Source of the DNA: Octopus sinensis
Lineage: Eukaryota
DNA: 64,000 nucleotides
Reading direction: 5' to 3'
Assembly (NCBI RefSeq): GCF_006345805.1
Contig: NC_042997.1
Coordinates: 188,294,001-188,358,000 of the forward strand
Part shown: one piece after another, positions 24,015 through 37,385 of the stretch
How the letters are laid out: each line of letters starts with the position of its first letter
Position numbering within the stretch: the first letter of the stretch is position 1
Program-made: the position numbers and the translations under genes
Notes under the pieces: generated by a model
Databases searched by the model: none
Seen by the model: the letters and a program-made list of their open reading frames with translations, nothing else
What the model was told of the DNA's origin: nothing

Positions 24015-26734
24015 GTAAGAAGTTGCAAAGTGTTGATGAATGAGTCTTTGCCTGTCAATCAAATGATTTTCATTTTGGTCCAAATATGTTTCATCTAACA
24101 GTTGCACCATCCCATAAGTGGATGCAATATACCACTTTGGTACTCATTTGAGCTTTGTGCAAAATTAGCAGTTGTTTGGGGATGGGGTATTTTCTGGTTA
24201 AGATCAGAAAGGTTGTTTAGAGTTGCATTTTTGTTAAATTGTTTCCCAGAGGGGTTACTTGAAAACTATGCAGAACAACTGTTTTTTATTGGCTACGCTA
24301 CTTATTTAGTTAAACTTTGTTCACCCAAAGGTGAACACATTTCTCTGCATCTTTATTTTAGATTGCAGAGGACATTGTTTTTGGATCAGAAGGCATCTTA
24401 AGAGGTGTTCCGTAGCTGGTAGATTAAAAACAAAGTAAAGAGTGTCCATGTTAAAAACCCACCAATTCTTTCACCAGTGCCCACAAGAAGCACAAAATAG
24501 TACAAGACACATTGTAACAACACACCAACAAATGTATGTAGAAATTTTCTGTGTTAGAAATGCAGATCCTTAACAAAACCAATCTTGGCAGTTATTGCTG
24601 CAAATGATTCTCATTTTCAAAAAATTATTGTTGAACTATCAAGTATCAAACTGGGCACTGCCTACTTCTATGATAATTTAACCCAAGAACATGTTAAATC
24701 CTACATCATCTTCAGAATAGTAATTCCAGTGTGACACTAACTTTAAAGTTTTGCCTTTGAACAAAATATATTCTGAACTAAGCAAAATTCTTTAGCAGCA
24801 TTTTAACTTCAACAATGAATTATTCTCTTTTAGTCAAAGTAAACTATTGATTTATAACAATGCATAATACCTCAGATTTATGAAAATTGAAGAATGGGAT
24901 GTTGTTACATTGATTTCGGTATTAGTAGAGTAAAGTGGTTTCAACAAATATTGAGAACCAGGTTGACTGATTCAACTTAACTGTTTGCTCTACACACTCA
25001 ATATTCATAAGAAAATATTGATTCATTTTACTAACAATGAAATGCCTTTTCACACAATCTCAGTATATATCACTGGTACTAAATGTAATTTTGACTGAAT
25101 CACTCTGTATTTTCACCTTAACTGGACCACACTTTGTAACTGGTACTAATTGTAAATTTGATTGAATTATAGCATATAACTGGTATTGGCTGTACATTTT
25201 ACTAAACCACATCATCAGCAGTATTGTTTAATATCTGTCTTCCATGCTAGTATGGGTTGGATAGTTTGAGAGGATCTGACAGGCTAGAGGACTGTGAAGT
25301 TCCAGTGTCTGCCTTGGCATAGTTTCTGTGACTGGACACTCTTCCTAAAACCAACCACACTACAGAGTGTTTGAGGTGCTTTTTTGTGGCACCAGCACTA
25401 TTGAGGTCACCAAGTAACTTGCAAGACAAAAAAACTTTCAACTGTGTGGGGATGTAGTATTGAAGGAGATGGCCAGGGGTTGAAAAATTAAAGTAAAGTG
25501 TGGTTGAGGAACAGGAACAGATGTCTTACTGTAGAGGAGATGCATGGCTACCCTAGCAGGAAAGTGAGGAAAGAAATAGCATGTGGTGAAGTGTCAATGT
25601 ACACCATGAGTATAAGAAAGAATCAGAAAGGGTGGGTATGTAGGTAAGTTTGTGAGAGTGTGAAAGGAGAGCGACAGATGGTTAAAGATGGAGATAGAGG
25701 TTAATGCATTGAACAGGGAACATGGGTGGGGACATGGTCAATGGTGAATAACAGTTAAGTGGAAAAGTGAAGAAAATAGGAATGGGTCAGAAAGGAGGAA
25801 GAGGTGGAGATAAGTGACCATACAAAAGAAAGGGAAATGGAGAGTGGCAGTATAATAATACCATAGAGAGATGAGAAATATAGAGATGATTTGAAGCAAG
25901 GAGGTAAGAGAGAGGGATGCACAGTTACAAGGGTAGAGGTCAGAGAAGTGTAGGAGTGGAAATAGTGAGAAATGAACAAAAGATAGTAGGTTGGCCATTG
26001 AAGGAAGACATGAGAGAGCATTCCAGAAGGGGAGGGAAGAGGCATTCAGTAGAAAATATAATAGTAAGGGTTGATATTAAGAATGTGTGTTGGTTGAGGA
26101 AGTGGTTCAAAGAAGATGGATAACTGATTGCACTGAAGGAAGTTATATATTTACATCATCTGAGTGAGTAGTGCCAAAAAGAGTGATGGAATGATGGTTA
26201 TTAGAAAGATGAGTGGTAGGGAAAAGTTTGACAGGGACAAATTGGATTTTATGGGGGGACAGACATAAATGACATGCTTTTAGGACCTCATTTTTGCTGA
26301 GTTGGATGGGTCTTCTCAGTCCTATGTCATTTCCTCCATGAATCTCAACAACCTGAGGTTGGTTTCCCCTACTTTGTCCCATGTTTCCTGGGTCTCCCTC
26401 TTCCACAGGTTCCATTTACATTTAATGATTGCCACTTCTTTATGCAGCTGTCCACATCCCATGACCATACCAGGACAGATCTATCCACATCACATGACCA
26501 TATCAGGACAGTCTTTTCTCTTGCAGTCTGCATTTGATGCCTTTTTTCCCAATTTTTCTCTCATCATGCACACATTAGTGTATATGCTAGTTTCATTTCT
26601 TTCTAGTCGTCACTTGGTTTCTGCATTCATGGCTTGCATTTCACTACCATGTAGCATTGTTTTCGTATACAAGCATCATTCAATTAACTTTTCACTCTGA
26701 GAGATAAGCCTTTTATTACCTTTTATTATAGGTG

Positions 26735-26899
26735 TAAGAGTGGCTGTGTGGTAAGTAGCTGGCTTACCAACCACATGGTTCTGGGTTCTGTTCCACTGCA
26801 TGGCACCTTGGGTAAGTGTCTTCTACTATAGCCTCAGGCTGACCAAAGCCTCGTGAATGGATTAGGTAAACGGAAACTGAAAGAAGCCTGTCGTATATA

Positions 26900-26936
<37 letters not shown>

Positions 26937-27365
26937 GGAAGGGCATCAAGCCGTAGAAACATTGCCAGATCAGACTGGGCCTGGTGCAGCCTTCTGGCTT
27001 CCTAGACCCCAGTTGAACCGTCCAACCCATGCTAAACGATGATGATGAGGATGATGATGATATATATATATGTATGTGTCTATATATGTTTGTGTGTCTG
27101 TTTTTCTACATACTGAACATGGCCATTTACCTATTTCTTTATTACCCACAAGGGGCTAAACACAGAGGGGACAAACAAGTACAGACATAGGTATTAAGTC
27201 GATTACATCAACTCCAGTGCGTAACTGGTACTTAATTTATCGACCCCGAAAGGATGAAAGGCAAAGTCGACCTCAGCAGAATTTGAACTCACAACATAAC
27301 GACAGACGAAATACAGCTATGCATTTCGCCCGGCATGCTAACGTTTCTACCGGCTCGCTGCCTTT
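26735..27365. mobile_element. Cluster: SINE B 5' half (+, 26735-26900), short RTE 3' end (+, 26936-27060), SINE A (-, 27128-27365)
   Basis: Each segment matches the family consensus seen elsewhere in the window. Confidence 0.8.
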
Positions 27366-27419
27366 TACCTGGCCATTTACCTGTCTACTTTTCTGCTGAC
27401 TAGAATTTTGGTTTTTGCT

Positions 27420-27665
27420 AAGTTAACTTTAAAGTCCTTTGACTTCCGGTTTTACTTCCACACCTAAAATGTTTTCTTATTCTGCAATAGATCCAGCTAT
27501 AAGAACAAGATGATCATCATACAGCAGTTCCCAAGAGCAACCAGTTTTAAATTCCTCAGTTATTGCCTGAGAGAATAAGGTGAATAGGAACGGCTTAAGA
27601 TCAGAGCCCTGGAAAACTCTTACCTGGCCAACTCTATGCAAAGTTGAAAGAGTAACCATTCATGT
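27420..27665 (-). mobile_element. Degraded RTE reverse-transcriptase catalytic region
   Basis: V.VFQGS.L.P.LF....QAITEEFKTGCSWELLYDDHLVLIA, i.e. the QGS and YADD motifs with YADD decayed. Confidence 0.85.
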
Positions 27666-28852
27666 TCCTAACCCCATACTTCCAAGATATCCCCATGTGT
27701 TCCAATCAGTGGCAACTGTAGTATTAAAACCACTAAGCAAAATAATTTTATCAGAATTAGTTATATCATGCGAACACTCTTTTAAAACTTCATTTAAATT
27801 TGAGTTTTACTTTCACTGATATCTAGAGTTGGTTCATGTGTACTTGTAATTATTGCATAGCAATCATCTCTTAATCTTAAGTGAAGAGCCATGATTCTCT
27901 CATTAATACCCTTTGGTAAGTTGGTCAACTTTGATACTGTCCCATTTTTAATAGTAAATCCTATTCTCACTTCTATATGTTGTCTTTCTTTATCCTTCCA
28001 GAATATTTTATACTATGCACCTAGTTTTGTAACCTGACCGTCACCCGATAAGCAAGTCTGTGAGAGTGCTGCAATATGTACTGAATATTTTTGTAGTTTG
28101 TGAGCAAGAATGTTGGTTTTATGCTCAAGACAAGCTCCTGCATTATCAGCTAATGTGTAAACATTCCAACAAGAAATCTTAAATCCCATTGGTTGGCTAG
28201 CATTAGTATTACTAACTTTATCATTTCAAGCTCAGTATGGACATATGTCAGCTGCACTAAACTAACTACATTTTTATAAGTAATTTTGGGGTTATCTTTT
28301 CTAAACACTTCCAAATATATTGGTGAGCAATGCTGTCCCTAAAAAAGGCTGTTCAAATACCTAATGGAGACCAAATCCCTTCATTACCTTGGATTGATGA
28401 GAAAGTGACTTTACACCTGTCAAAAGGCTGCCTATGGGCAGGTTGGTGACTAGATAGCTCTAACTTGTAAGGCCTGTCTTGATGCTACCTTCCCATCGCC
28501 ACAGGTCTTGTGACACAAAAACAAAGGCACATGCAAAATTACAAAAGAACATAAAAGGACAAAAAGACATAGCAATGAAGACAACACAGAATATCAACAA
28601 CGATGTTAGAAAGGTCTGTGCAGAATTTAAGTCTTGTGCAACTTGCTCTGTATTGCAAAGATTCTCCCTAGGAATGCTAAGTGCTCCAAAGACAAACCGA
28701 AGCTAGATGTTTGACATTTCTAGTGGGTTTTTAAATATAAAACACACACACACACATGCATATATAATATAATATAAATAAAGAATATAAACTACATAAG
28801 AATATATATATACTGGAATATAAATATATATGTATGCATGTATATGTATATA

Positions 28853-29610
28853 GGGAGAGAATTCACAAAAAAACAAAAGACAAAAACAGGTGGTGTAGAA
28901 AACAAACAGATGTATTAGTTTAATGCTTGGGAATCAAAATCAAATTCGATGACTGGCATCCGTGCTAGTGGGGTGCTAAGAGTACCATCCGATCGTGATC
29001 GTTGCCAGAGCAGCTAACTGGCTTCTGTGCCGGTGGCACATAAAAAGTACCATTTGAGCATGATCGTTACCAGCGTCGCCTTACTGGCACTTGTGCTGGT
29101 GGCACATGAAAAAACATTCGAGCAAGGTTGTTGCTAGTGCTGCCGGACTGGCTCCTGTGCAGGTGACATGTAAAATACACCATTTGAGCATGGCCGTTGC
29201 CAGTACCACCTGACTGGCCCTCGTGCTGGTGGCATGTAAAAGCACCCACTACACTCTTGGAGTGGTTGGCGTTAGGAAGGGCATCCAGCTGTAGAAACTC
29301 TGCCAGATCAGATTGGAGCCTGGTGCAGCCATCTGGTTTGCCAGTCCTCAGTCAAATCGTCCAACCCATGGAAAGTGGATGTTAAACGATGATGATGATG
29401 AAGTGAAAAAGTATTTAATGCTTCAAGCCTACACTCTTCCACAGAAAGGAACACAGGAAGAAATAAGGAGAGAAAATAAAGAATGTGTAGTGGCTAGCAA
29501 TTTATCATGGTGAATGCCGGACAGAGGGGTTACACAGGAGAGGTAGGAAGAAGGGGAGATAATAAAGTAGTGGTAATCCCAAAATGAAGGTTTGCGTGCA
29601 TGTGTATAAG
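28853..29610 (-). mobile_element. Penelope pseudo-LTR split by an RTE 3' insertion (28933-29400, +)
   Basis: The flanks 28853-28932 and 29401-29610 rejoin to the consensus tttaa.gcttgggaagtgaaaaagt. The intervening RTE segment ends in (gat)n. Confidence 0.75.
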
Positions 29611-29629
29611 AGAGCATGTATTGTCTAGA

Positions 29630-30600
29630 AATTATAGACAATGAAACAAAACTTAGAATTGAGAGGCCTCAAAGTAAACTTTGTAAAGGCTAAAGCTTTG
29701 ATAAATGGAAAGAAGACAGAATCCTGCTATCATCAGGAAAATGGCTGTACTAGATATACAGAAGATAGGTTGTAGATAGAAACTCCATATTGTGTACCAT
29801 GTATAAACTATGTAGTGGGATCACACACAGGCTGGCAGAGAAAGTAGATTTTGTGTATGGATGAATCAAAGGGTGTAGTTAGCAGTACCAGATACATGAA
29901 ATAGATTCCTTCAAATGCCCATATGGTTTCCTCAAAGTAGTTAATAGCTTTTGTTACCTAGGTGACATAACTGGTGGCAGTATGTATTCTGAAGGCATAA
30001 TAAACAAAGTAAGGACAGGTTGGGAAAAGTTCAAGGAGCAATAAATAACTACTACTGGTATCAAATGGTTTCTCTCTATAAGTAAGGGCAGATTTTATGA
30101 TTTTTGTGCATGAAGTGCAATGTTGCAAAATATGGACCTGAATGTAGAAAAGTTATAATCATCATCATCATTTTAACGTCCGCTTTCCATGCTAGCATGG
30201 ATTGGACGATTTTGCCTGAGGGCTGGCAAACCAGATGGCTGCACCAGGCTCCAATCTTGATCTGGCAGAGTTTCTACAGCTGGATGCCCTTCCTAACGTC
30301 AACCACTCCGAGAGTGTAGTGGGTGCTTTTTACGTGTAGAAAAATCGAGTGAGCATGCTCCAGTGGTACATAATGTGAGTATACATGAACAATGGAATGC
30401 AAATGTACTGAGAGAAAAGCTGGATGTAGATTTTAGGAGTCAGATGTTGTGTGTAAGAAAGAGGCCCGTGAAGAGTCTGGAGGAGGTTCAGTTATATAGA
30501 GAATGCCAAGTACTTGAAGTAAATGTAAACTGTGGAAGAGAGAGAAACCTAGGAAAGCATAACAGGTAATGTACAAGGCTGATATCGAGATGCTGTTTCA
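29630..30600 (+). mobile_element. Degraded RTE RT C-terminal region interrupted by a younger RTE 3' end (30139-30336, -)
   Basis: Relics KQNLELRGLKVN, SGKW, KVVNSFCYLGD and GWEKFKE. Confidence 0.75.
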
Positions 30601-30628
30601 CGAAGGAGACGACAAAGTGGTGGTGGAA

Positions 30629-31008
30629 GCACTCTGTCAGTTACGACAATGAGGGTTCTGGTTGATCCGAATCAATGGAATAGCCTGCTCGTGAAATTAA
30701 CGTGTAAGTGGCCGAGCACTCCACAGACACGCGTACCCTTAACGTAGTTCTCGGGGATATTCAGCGTGACACAGAGAGTGACAAGGCCGGCCCTTTGAAA
30801 TACAGGTACAACAGAAGCAGGAAGTAAGAGTGAGAGAAAGTTGTGGTGAAAGAGTACAGCAGGGATCACCATCATCCCCTGCCGGAGCCTCGTGGAGCTT
30901 TAGGTGTTTTCGCTCAATAAACACTCACAACGCCCGGTCTGGGAATCGAAACCGCGATCCTATGACCGCGAGTCTGCTGCCCTAACCACTGGGCCATTGC
31001 GCCTCCAC
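30629..31008 (-). mobile_element. Young, CpG-rich tRNA-derived SINE (family C)
   Basis: Head ggaggcgcaatggcccagtggttagggcagc...ggtttcgattcccagacc with A and B boxes, followed by a unique body of about 300 nt. Confidence 0.85.
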
Positions 31009-32169
31009 AGATGACAAAGACTGTAATATGAAATGACATGGAGTTTTGATAACAATTCATGCACCATTACAAATGTAGCAAACATTTGTTAAAATGGTGG
31101 TAATAATGAGGGAGTTTGGGTCTCTTGTTTATCTACTATCCTTTTTATCACCTTCTGCTTCAGCCTTTCTACTGTTCACAGTACTAAGCTGCCTGTGTAT
31201 CGAAGGATAACACTGGGCCTGTCCATATTCAACCCCTTCCTCACTATCACCCTTTATATCATACTTTACCTCCCTTCGATCATGATGCCTGTGTAACATG
31301 GGATGGTATCAGATTTTTCTGTATTCATTATTCCTTACCATAACCCTTCTTTACTGTTAACCATTAATTTCACTCTTCCTCATATCCCACTTTATTGACA
31401 TTCATCACTCTCAGTTACTATCACCCATTTCTACCGTTATGCATCATTCACTCTCTCTTAGCATCACCTATCTTCGTTGCTATCTCTTCACACTGTTGTT
31501 GCTACTTTTCTGTTCAACAACCAGCATTTAGCTATCATTGTTTCATTTCTGTTACCCTCTCTCCTACTGTCCTCTTACTGCTACTGCTTAGTTCAACCCC
31601 CATTATATTTTTCACCCTCTTGGCCATCTGTCTTCTATCCTCAAACTCATTCACGTTTGTCTTGTTCAAACAAATATAACATAGAGAAGACCCTATTGTC
31701 TTACAAAAGACAAGGCAACTGCTCTCATGTTGGTGCCATGATAAAGTACATGCAGTACACCATGTACAGTAGTTGGTGAACAAACAAGGGCAATGTAGGC
31801 CAGAGAAGCCCCTTTAGTCTTTCTGAGGGCATGATAACTTTTCTCACATTGGTGCCATGATAAATTGTACCTAATACACTGTGAATTCGTTGGCATGAGA
31901 AAAGGCATGTAGCCAAAGACACCATGCTAGAATGTGACTAAAACCAAGACATGGCCATCCAAGTCATCAAGAAGGATAGTAACTGCAAATAAAAACTGAT
32001 TTGGACTATGGGGATCTGTCCAGTCCATGCCTGCATGGAAGGTGGACTTAAAATGATGGAGATGATGAGTAATAACAACACTGATGATAACAATAAAAAT
32101 GATGACCATGATGATGATGACAACAATGAATATGATGACAATGGTGATAATAATTATGCTAATGATGAT

Positions 32170-32506
32170 GATGATGCCAATGACCCATCCGAGCGTGATT
32201 GTTGTCAGAGCGGCTATCTGGCCTCCGTGCCGGTGGTACATAAAAGACACCATTCAAGCGTGATTGTTACCGGCATGCCAGTGACATGTGTAAAAGATTC
32301 AAGCTAGGTCGTTGCCAGGCCTGACTGGCCCTGTGCTGGTGGCACGTAAAAGCACCCACTACACTCTTGGAGTAGTTGGCATTAGGAAGGGCATCCAGCT
32401 GTAGAAATTCTGCCAGATCAAGATTGAAGCCTGGTGCAGCCATCTGGTTCGCCAGCCCTCAGTCCAATCATCCAACCCATGCTAGCATGGAATGCGGGCG
32501 TTAAAT

Positions 32507-32537
<31 letters not shown>

Positions 32538-32550
32538 CAATGATGATGAT
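32170..32550 (+). mobile_element. RTE LINE 3' end with an extended (GAT)n tail
   Basis: aaaagcacccactacactc...catgctagcatgg...(gat)n. Confidence 0.85.
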
Positions 32551-33504
32551 GATATAATTCTTTTTATATTAGTGTACTGGTGCACCTGAGCACTGTATAC
32601 AATAATTTCATTATATATTATATTATAACTATTTCACAATAGCTGGCAATAACACTCAATGTTTTTATAGAAAATTTCTTCATTCTGGGAGGTCAAAGCA
32701 ATTTGCCTATCTTATATCTCTTTGTCATGATTAACAATTAGCTTTCTGTTTTTATATTTTCAAAAAACACACCATAGTGATTTGAAATATAGTTTCCAAT
32801 CAGACAAACAAATTATAAAGATTAATTATTTTTGTGGTTATGCAAAACAATATATATACATATATATATATATATACATTCTGTTAATTTTTGTTAATAC
32901 CTTTATTTATTCAGCGCTTGTGAAAGATCCCTGATACCTTCAAAACACATCTCTGATGTCATACCAATATTAATACACAGAGAAAGAAACAGACTCGTAA
33001 ACAAGCAAACAAAAAAAAATCTGTCACATTCTAATGATACAAAATCAATGTTGCTTTTTAAAAATGGCTTCAAGATGCTTGCACATTTACACAAAATGAA
33101 AGAGGTGGGAGGAGTAAATATAAAAACCAATAAATAAGTTTTTAAAAATACGGGAAAAAAACATAGAAGGAAAATAAAAAAAAAGATAAAATGATAATAA
33201 AAACAAAAGTTAGTCATTGAAAATTTCAAAATGTGTGCATTTTTAGACCAAAGAAATCAATATGTAATGAGATTAGTATTTCATTTTACCTTTGTATTGA
33301 GGAATCTAGTACTAGTGACAACCATGAAATATCTACACAGTAATATTCATACATACAATTCAAATGTACCATACACCCATATATACATCTATGTATGTTG
33401 GTGTATTAATGTGTGCATGAGAGTGAGTGTATGTAAGCATGTATGTATATGCATATATATATACGCAATATACACACATGCTCATACACAGACACATAAA
33501 TAAA

Positions 33505-33550
<46 letters not shown>

Positions 33551-33783
33551 TATATTTGTATAAATGCATATATGTGTGTATGTGAGCATGTGTATGTGAT
33601 GTGTGTGTCTGTGAGTGTGTGTATGTCTACATGCACACATTCATGTTTATATGCCCATGCCTAAATATATGGCATACACTATTTACATAAGTATGAGGTA
33701 TACACTACATACATGCTTACACACTCTACACACACAGACATACACACACACATACATATATATATATACATATATATATACAT

Positions 33784-33820
<37 letters not shown>

Positions 33821-33822
<2 letters not shown>

Positions 33823-34520
33823 TATAGATATGTGTTTATATATATATATATATATATACATTTCATGTCTACACTTAGGTTTCTCTCCACCAATCAATCA
33901 AAGAGAGAGATACAGATTCTTGAATGCATACTTATATCCGCATAGATCTTTATATGCATGCATACATCCATATATGTTCCTGTATATGTACATGTGTTTA
34001 TATATATGTGTGTGTATGACTATACACATGTGTGTGAATGTGTGTACACATACACGCACACATACATATACATAGGCATACGCATACACACACATATGCA
34101 TATACATGCACACATACCATGTATCTCATAAATCTGTCAGATTTTCCAATATAAAACATCTTTAAATGGGGTCTTGCAAAAATGTGTAGGCATGTGTGAG
34201 TATATATATATCTGTGTGTGTGTTTATTCACGTGTGTATGTAAAACAATTATTTGTAAACTGGGATTTTACATATAAAGTAAATCTAAAATATATATTTA
34301 AGTAGTATCTAGTTTGTACATTGTATTTTAGTTACTTTTTATATTTTCTGGCACAAAGATCTGTGTCTGCTTTTATCTTACACACATGTGCACGTACATA
34401 TATGCACTGACACTCAAACACACACATATACTCACAAAGAATCTCTTGCTTCAATGTATTTTCATATATATATATATATATGTATATATATATGTGTGTG
34501 TGTATATATATATATATATG

Positions 34521-34551
<31 letters not shown>

Positions 34552-34694
34552 ACATACATACATATATATGTTAATCACACATGTACATGTGTATGTATGA
34601 ATGAATACATGTGTGCATGAATGTATGATTGCATGAACAAATACATATGTCTGTCTGCATGCATGTGTGAGCGTATGCATACATGAACTACGTA

Positions 34695-34725
<31 letters not shown>

Positions 34726-35596
34726 GCATATATCTCAGCATGTATTTAAAATTAAAGACATCTAGCCTAAAATTGAAGAAATAATTCGTGGATGTACATG
34801 TACATGCACATACACACACACATAGAAACACACACACACATGCATATATACACTTAAACAATCTCATATGCACACAAAATACAAAGATATTTAAATGCAG
34901 TAACAAATATATATATACATATACATACATATATATATATAATATATATATATATAGGTATAGATATGTGTTTATATATATATATATATATACATTTCAT
35001 GTCTACACTTAGGTTTCTCTCCACCAATCAATCAAAGAGAGAGATACAGATTCTTGAATGCATACTTATATCCGCATAGATCTTTATATGCATGCATACA
35101 TCCATATATGTTCCTGTATATGTACATGTGTTTATATATATGTGTGTGTATGACTATACACATGTGTGTGAATGTGTGTACACATACACGCACACATACA
35201 TATACATAGGCATACGCATACACACACATATGCATATACATGCACACATACCATGTATCTCATAAATCTGTCAGATTTTCCAATATAAAACATCTTTAAA
35301 TGGGGTCTTGCAAAAATGTGTAGGCATGTGTGAGTATATATATATCTGTGTGTGTGTTTATTCACGTGTGTATGTAAAACAATTATTTGTAAACTGGGAT
35401 TTTACATATAAAGTAATCTAAAATATATATTTAAGTAGTATCTAGTTTGTACATTGTATTTTAGTTACTTTTTATATTTTCTGGCACAAAGATCTGTGTC
35501 TGCTTTTATCTTACACACATGTGCACGTACATATATGCACTGACACTCAAACACACACATATACTCACAAAGAATCTCTTGCTTCAATGTATTTTC

Positions 35597-35677
<81 letters not shown>

Positions 35678-36050
35678 ATATATAATACATACATACATAT
35701 ATATGTTAATCACACATGTACATGTGTATGTATGAATGAATACATGTGTGCATGAATGTATGATTGCATGAACAAATACATATGTCTGTCTGCATGCATG
35801 TGTGAGCGTATGCATACATGAACTACGTATGTACATATATATATATATATATATGCATATATCTCAGCATGTATTTAAAATTAAAGACATCTAGCCTAAA
35901 ATTGAAGAAATAATTCGTGGATGTACATGTACATGCACATACACACACACATAGAAACACACACACACATGCATATATACACTTAAACAATCTCATATGC
36001 ACACAAAATACAAAGATATTTAAATGCAGTAACAAATATATATATACATA
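33821..36050. repeat. Near-identical tandem duplication, unit about 1.13 kb, bounded by (TA)n tracts
   Basis: The same unique blocks recur about 1134 bp apart (e.g. 33898 vs 35032). Differences are almost confined to microsatellite lengths. Confidence 0.9.
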
Positions 36051-36599
36051 TATAAATATATAATATGAAAAAGCAAGTTTCAGCTGATATACACCAATAA
36101 ATTATATGTGTGCATGTGTGTAATGTGGATCTATGTGTGTTGTGAATGCGTGTGTGTGTGTGTGTGTGTTCATGTGGATGTTACACAGCCCCAAACTAAC
36201 ATGTATTACTTTTATTTCCATGTACGCAAATCAATATAGAATATAAGATATTTTGCTTAAAAGTTAAAAATAGTAAAACTTACGTTAAAAATAACCAGTT
36301 TTAATAATCTATCTACATAAGTACCGATGACATCAACATATTTCTGATGACAAGATATAAACTTACTTTTACTGCTTTAAAAGAATTCTGAGCTTATGCA
36401 TTAGCCAAACTCTTCTGAGAGTATTTGTAACTGATTTTTGATCAATCAAATATTTCTATTTTCTTTAAAAGATTCTTTGCACTTAAAAAGCAAAGACAAA
36501 ACACAGAAACTAAAAAAAAAAGATAGAAGTTTATAAGTTGATAAATAAATGGTAGGTAAGATGAATAAAATGGATGCAAACATAATTGTGTACTCTTAC

Positions 36600-36647
36600 C
36601 GGTTCTGTTTTCAGAATCTAATGTGTAAGAAGTGTAATTGAGAGTTG
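36600..36647 (-). CDS. Candidate 48-nt phase 1-1 exon (A)TLNYTSYTLDSENRT(G)
   Basis: Strong acceptor ttttttttcacag and donor CCG|GTAAGA. Only one frame is open, and it has two N-X-T sequons. Confidence 0.35.
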
Positions 36648-36872
36648 CTGTGAAAAAAAATCTGGGTTTTCTTTGATTGACTAATGACAGATGTTTCAAG
36701 GGAATATATTTTTGATGTGTTCAATATGACATGTTGTTACTTTGATAATTTTTAACTGCTTTAGTTTTTATATATAAAAAAAATACAGTACTATATAGCT
36801 GTACTGGATTTCATGCAAAAAGACTGTTCATTCTTATTTTTTAATATTCTTCCCAAAACTATAATATATATG

Positions 36873-36908
<36 letters not shown>

Positions 36909-37310
36909 CCCTTACATAAATACATATATATATGTACACCATTTTCAAGGATTCATATTTATGTAGCTTTCTTATCTTGGTTTTTTTTAACCACCTTTGT
37001 AAATAATGTAAAAGTATCTAATAGATTACCATTTTCCTTTAGGAAAACACCTGAATAACTCAATGTAAATTAGATTCAATAAAGGATTGCATAACTCATA
37101 ATCAGTGGCTGTTTACGAGAGCCTATTTTACTGATCCAATGTTCTAAGTTTGAATTCTATTCTTTATATCATTTTTCTTGGATTTAAAGAGTTGTTACTA
37201 CTTTATTTTGATAACATTCTACAAAGTAAGAAGAAGGGTTTTTTTCTTTATGAGCCAAGCTTGTAAGCTGGTTGTGATTTGAAATCAAAACTACTTCATT
37301 TCCCCTTCAC

Positions 37311-37385
37311 CGTTAATACTTTTGGGAAATGTATAAAAGTCACAGCGTTCTGTTTCCTCTTTATTCTGATTCTGTGGTCTTGTGC
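37311..37385 (-). CDS. Candidate 75-nt phase 1-1 exon TRPQNQNKEETERCDFYTFPKSIN
   Basis: Acceptor tttctaacttag and donor ACG|GTGAAG. In frame with 36600-36647. Confidence 0.2.

Noticed and set aside
30930-31008. tRNA gene on the minus strand
   Set aside because: A and B boxes are present but there is no complete cloverleaf or terminator. It continues into a body of about 300 nt, so it is a SINE head.
32903-33229. Overlapping ORFs on both strands near 32.9-33.2 kb
   Set aside because: A plus-strand exon (about 32915-33107) is formally open, but the donor is weak, the composition is A-run biased and no homolog is recognised.
33360-36050. Many Ile/Tyr/His/Cys-rich ORFs
   Set aside because: These are translations of (TA)n and (CA)n microsatellites.
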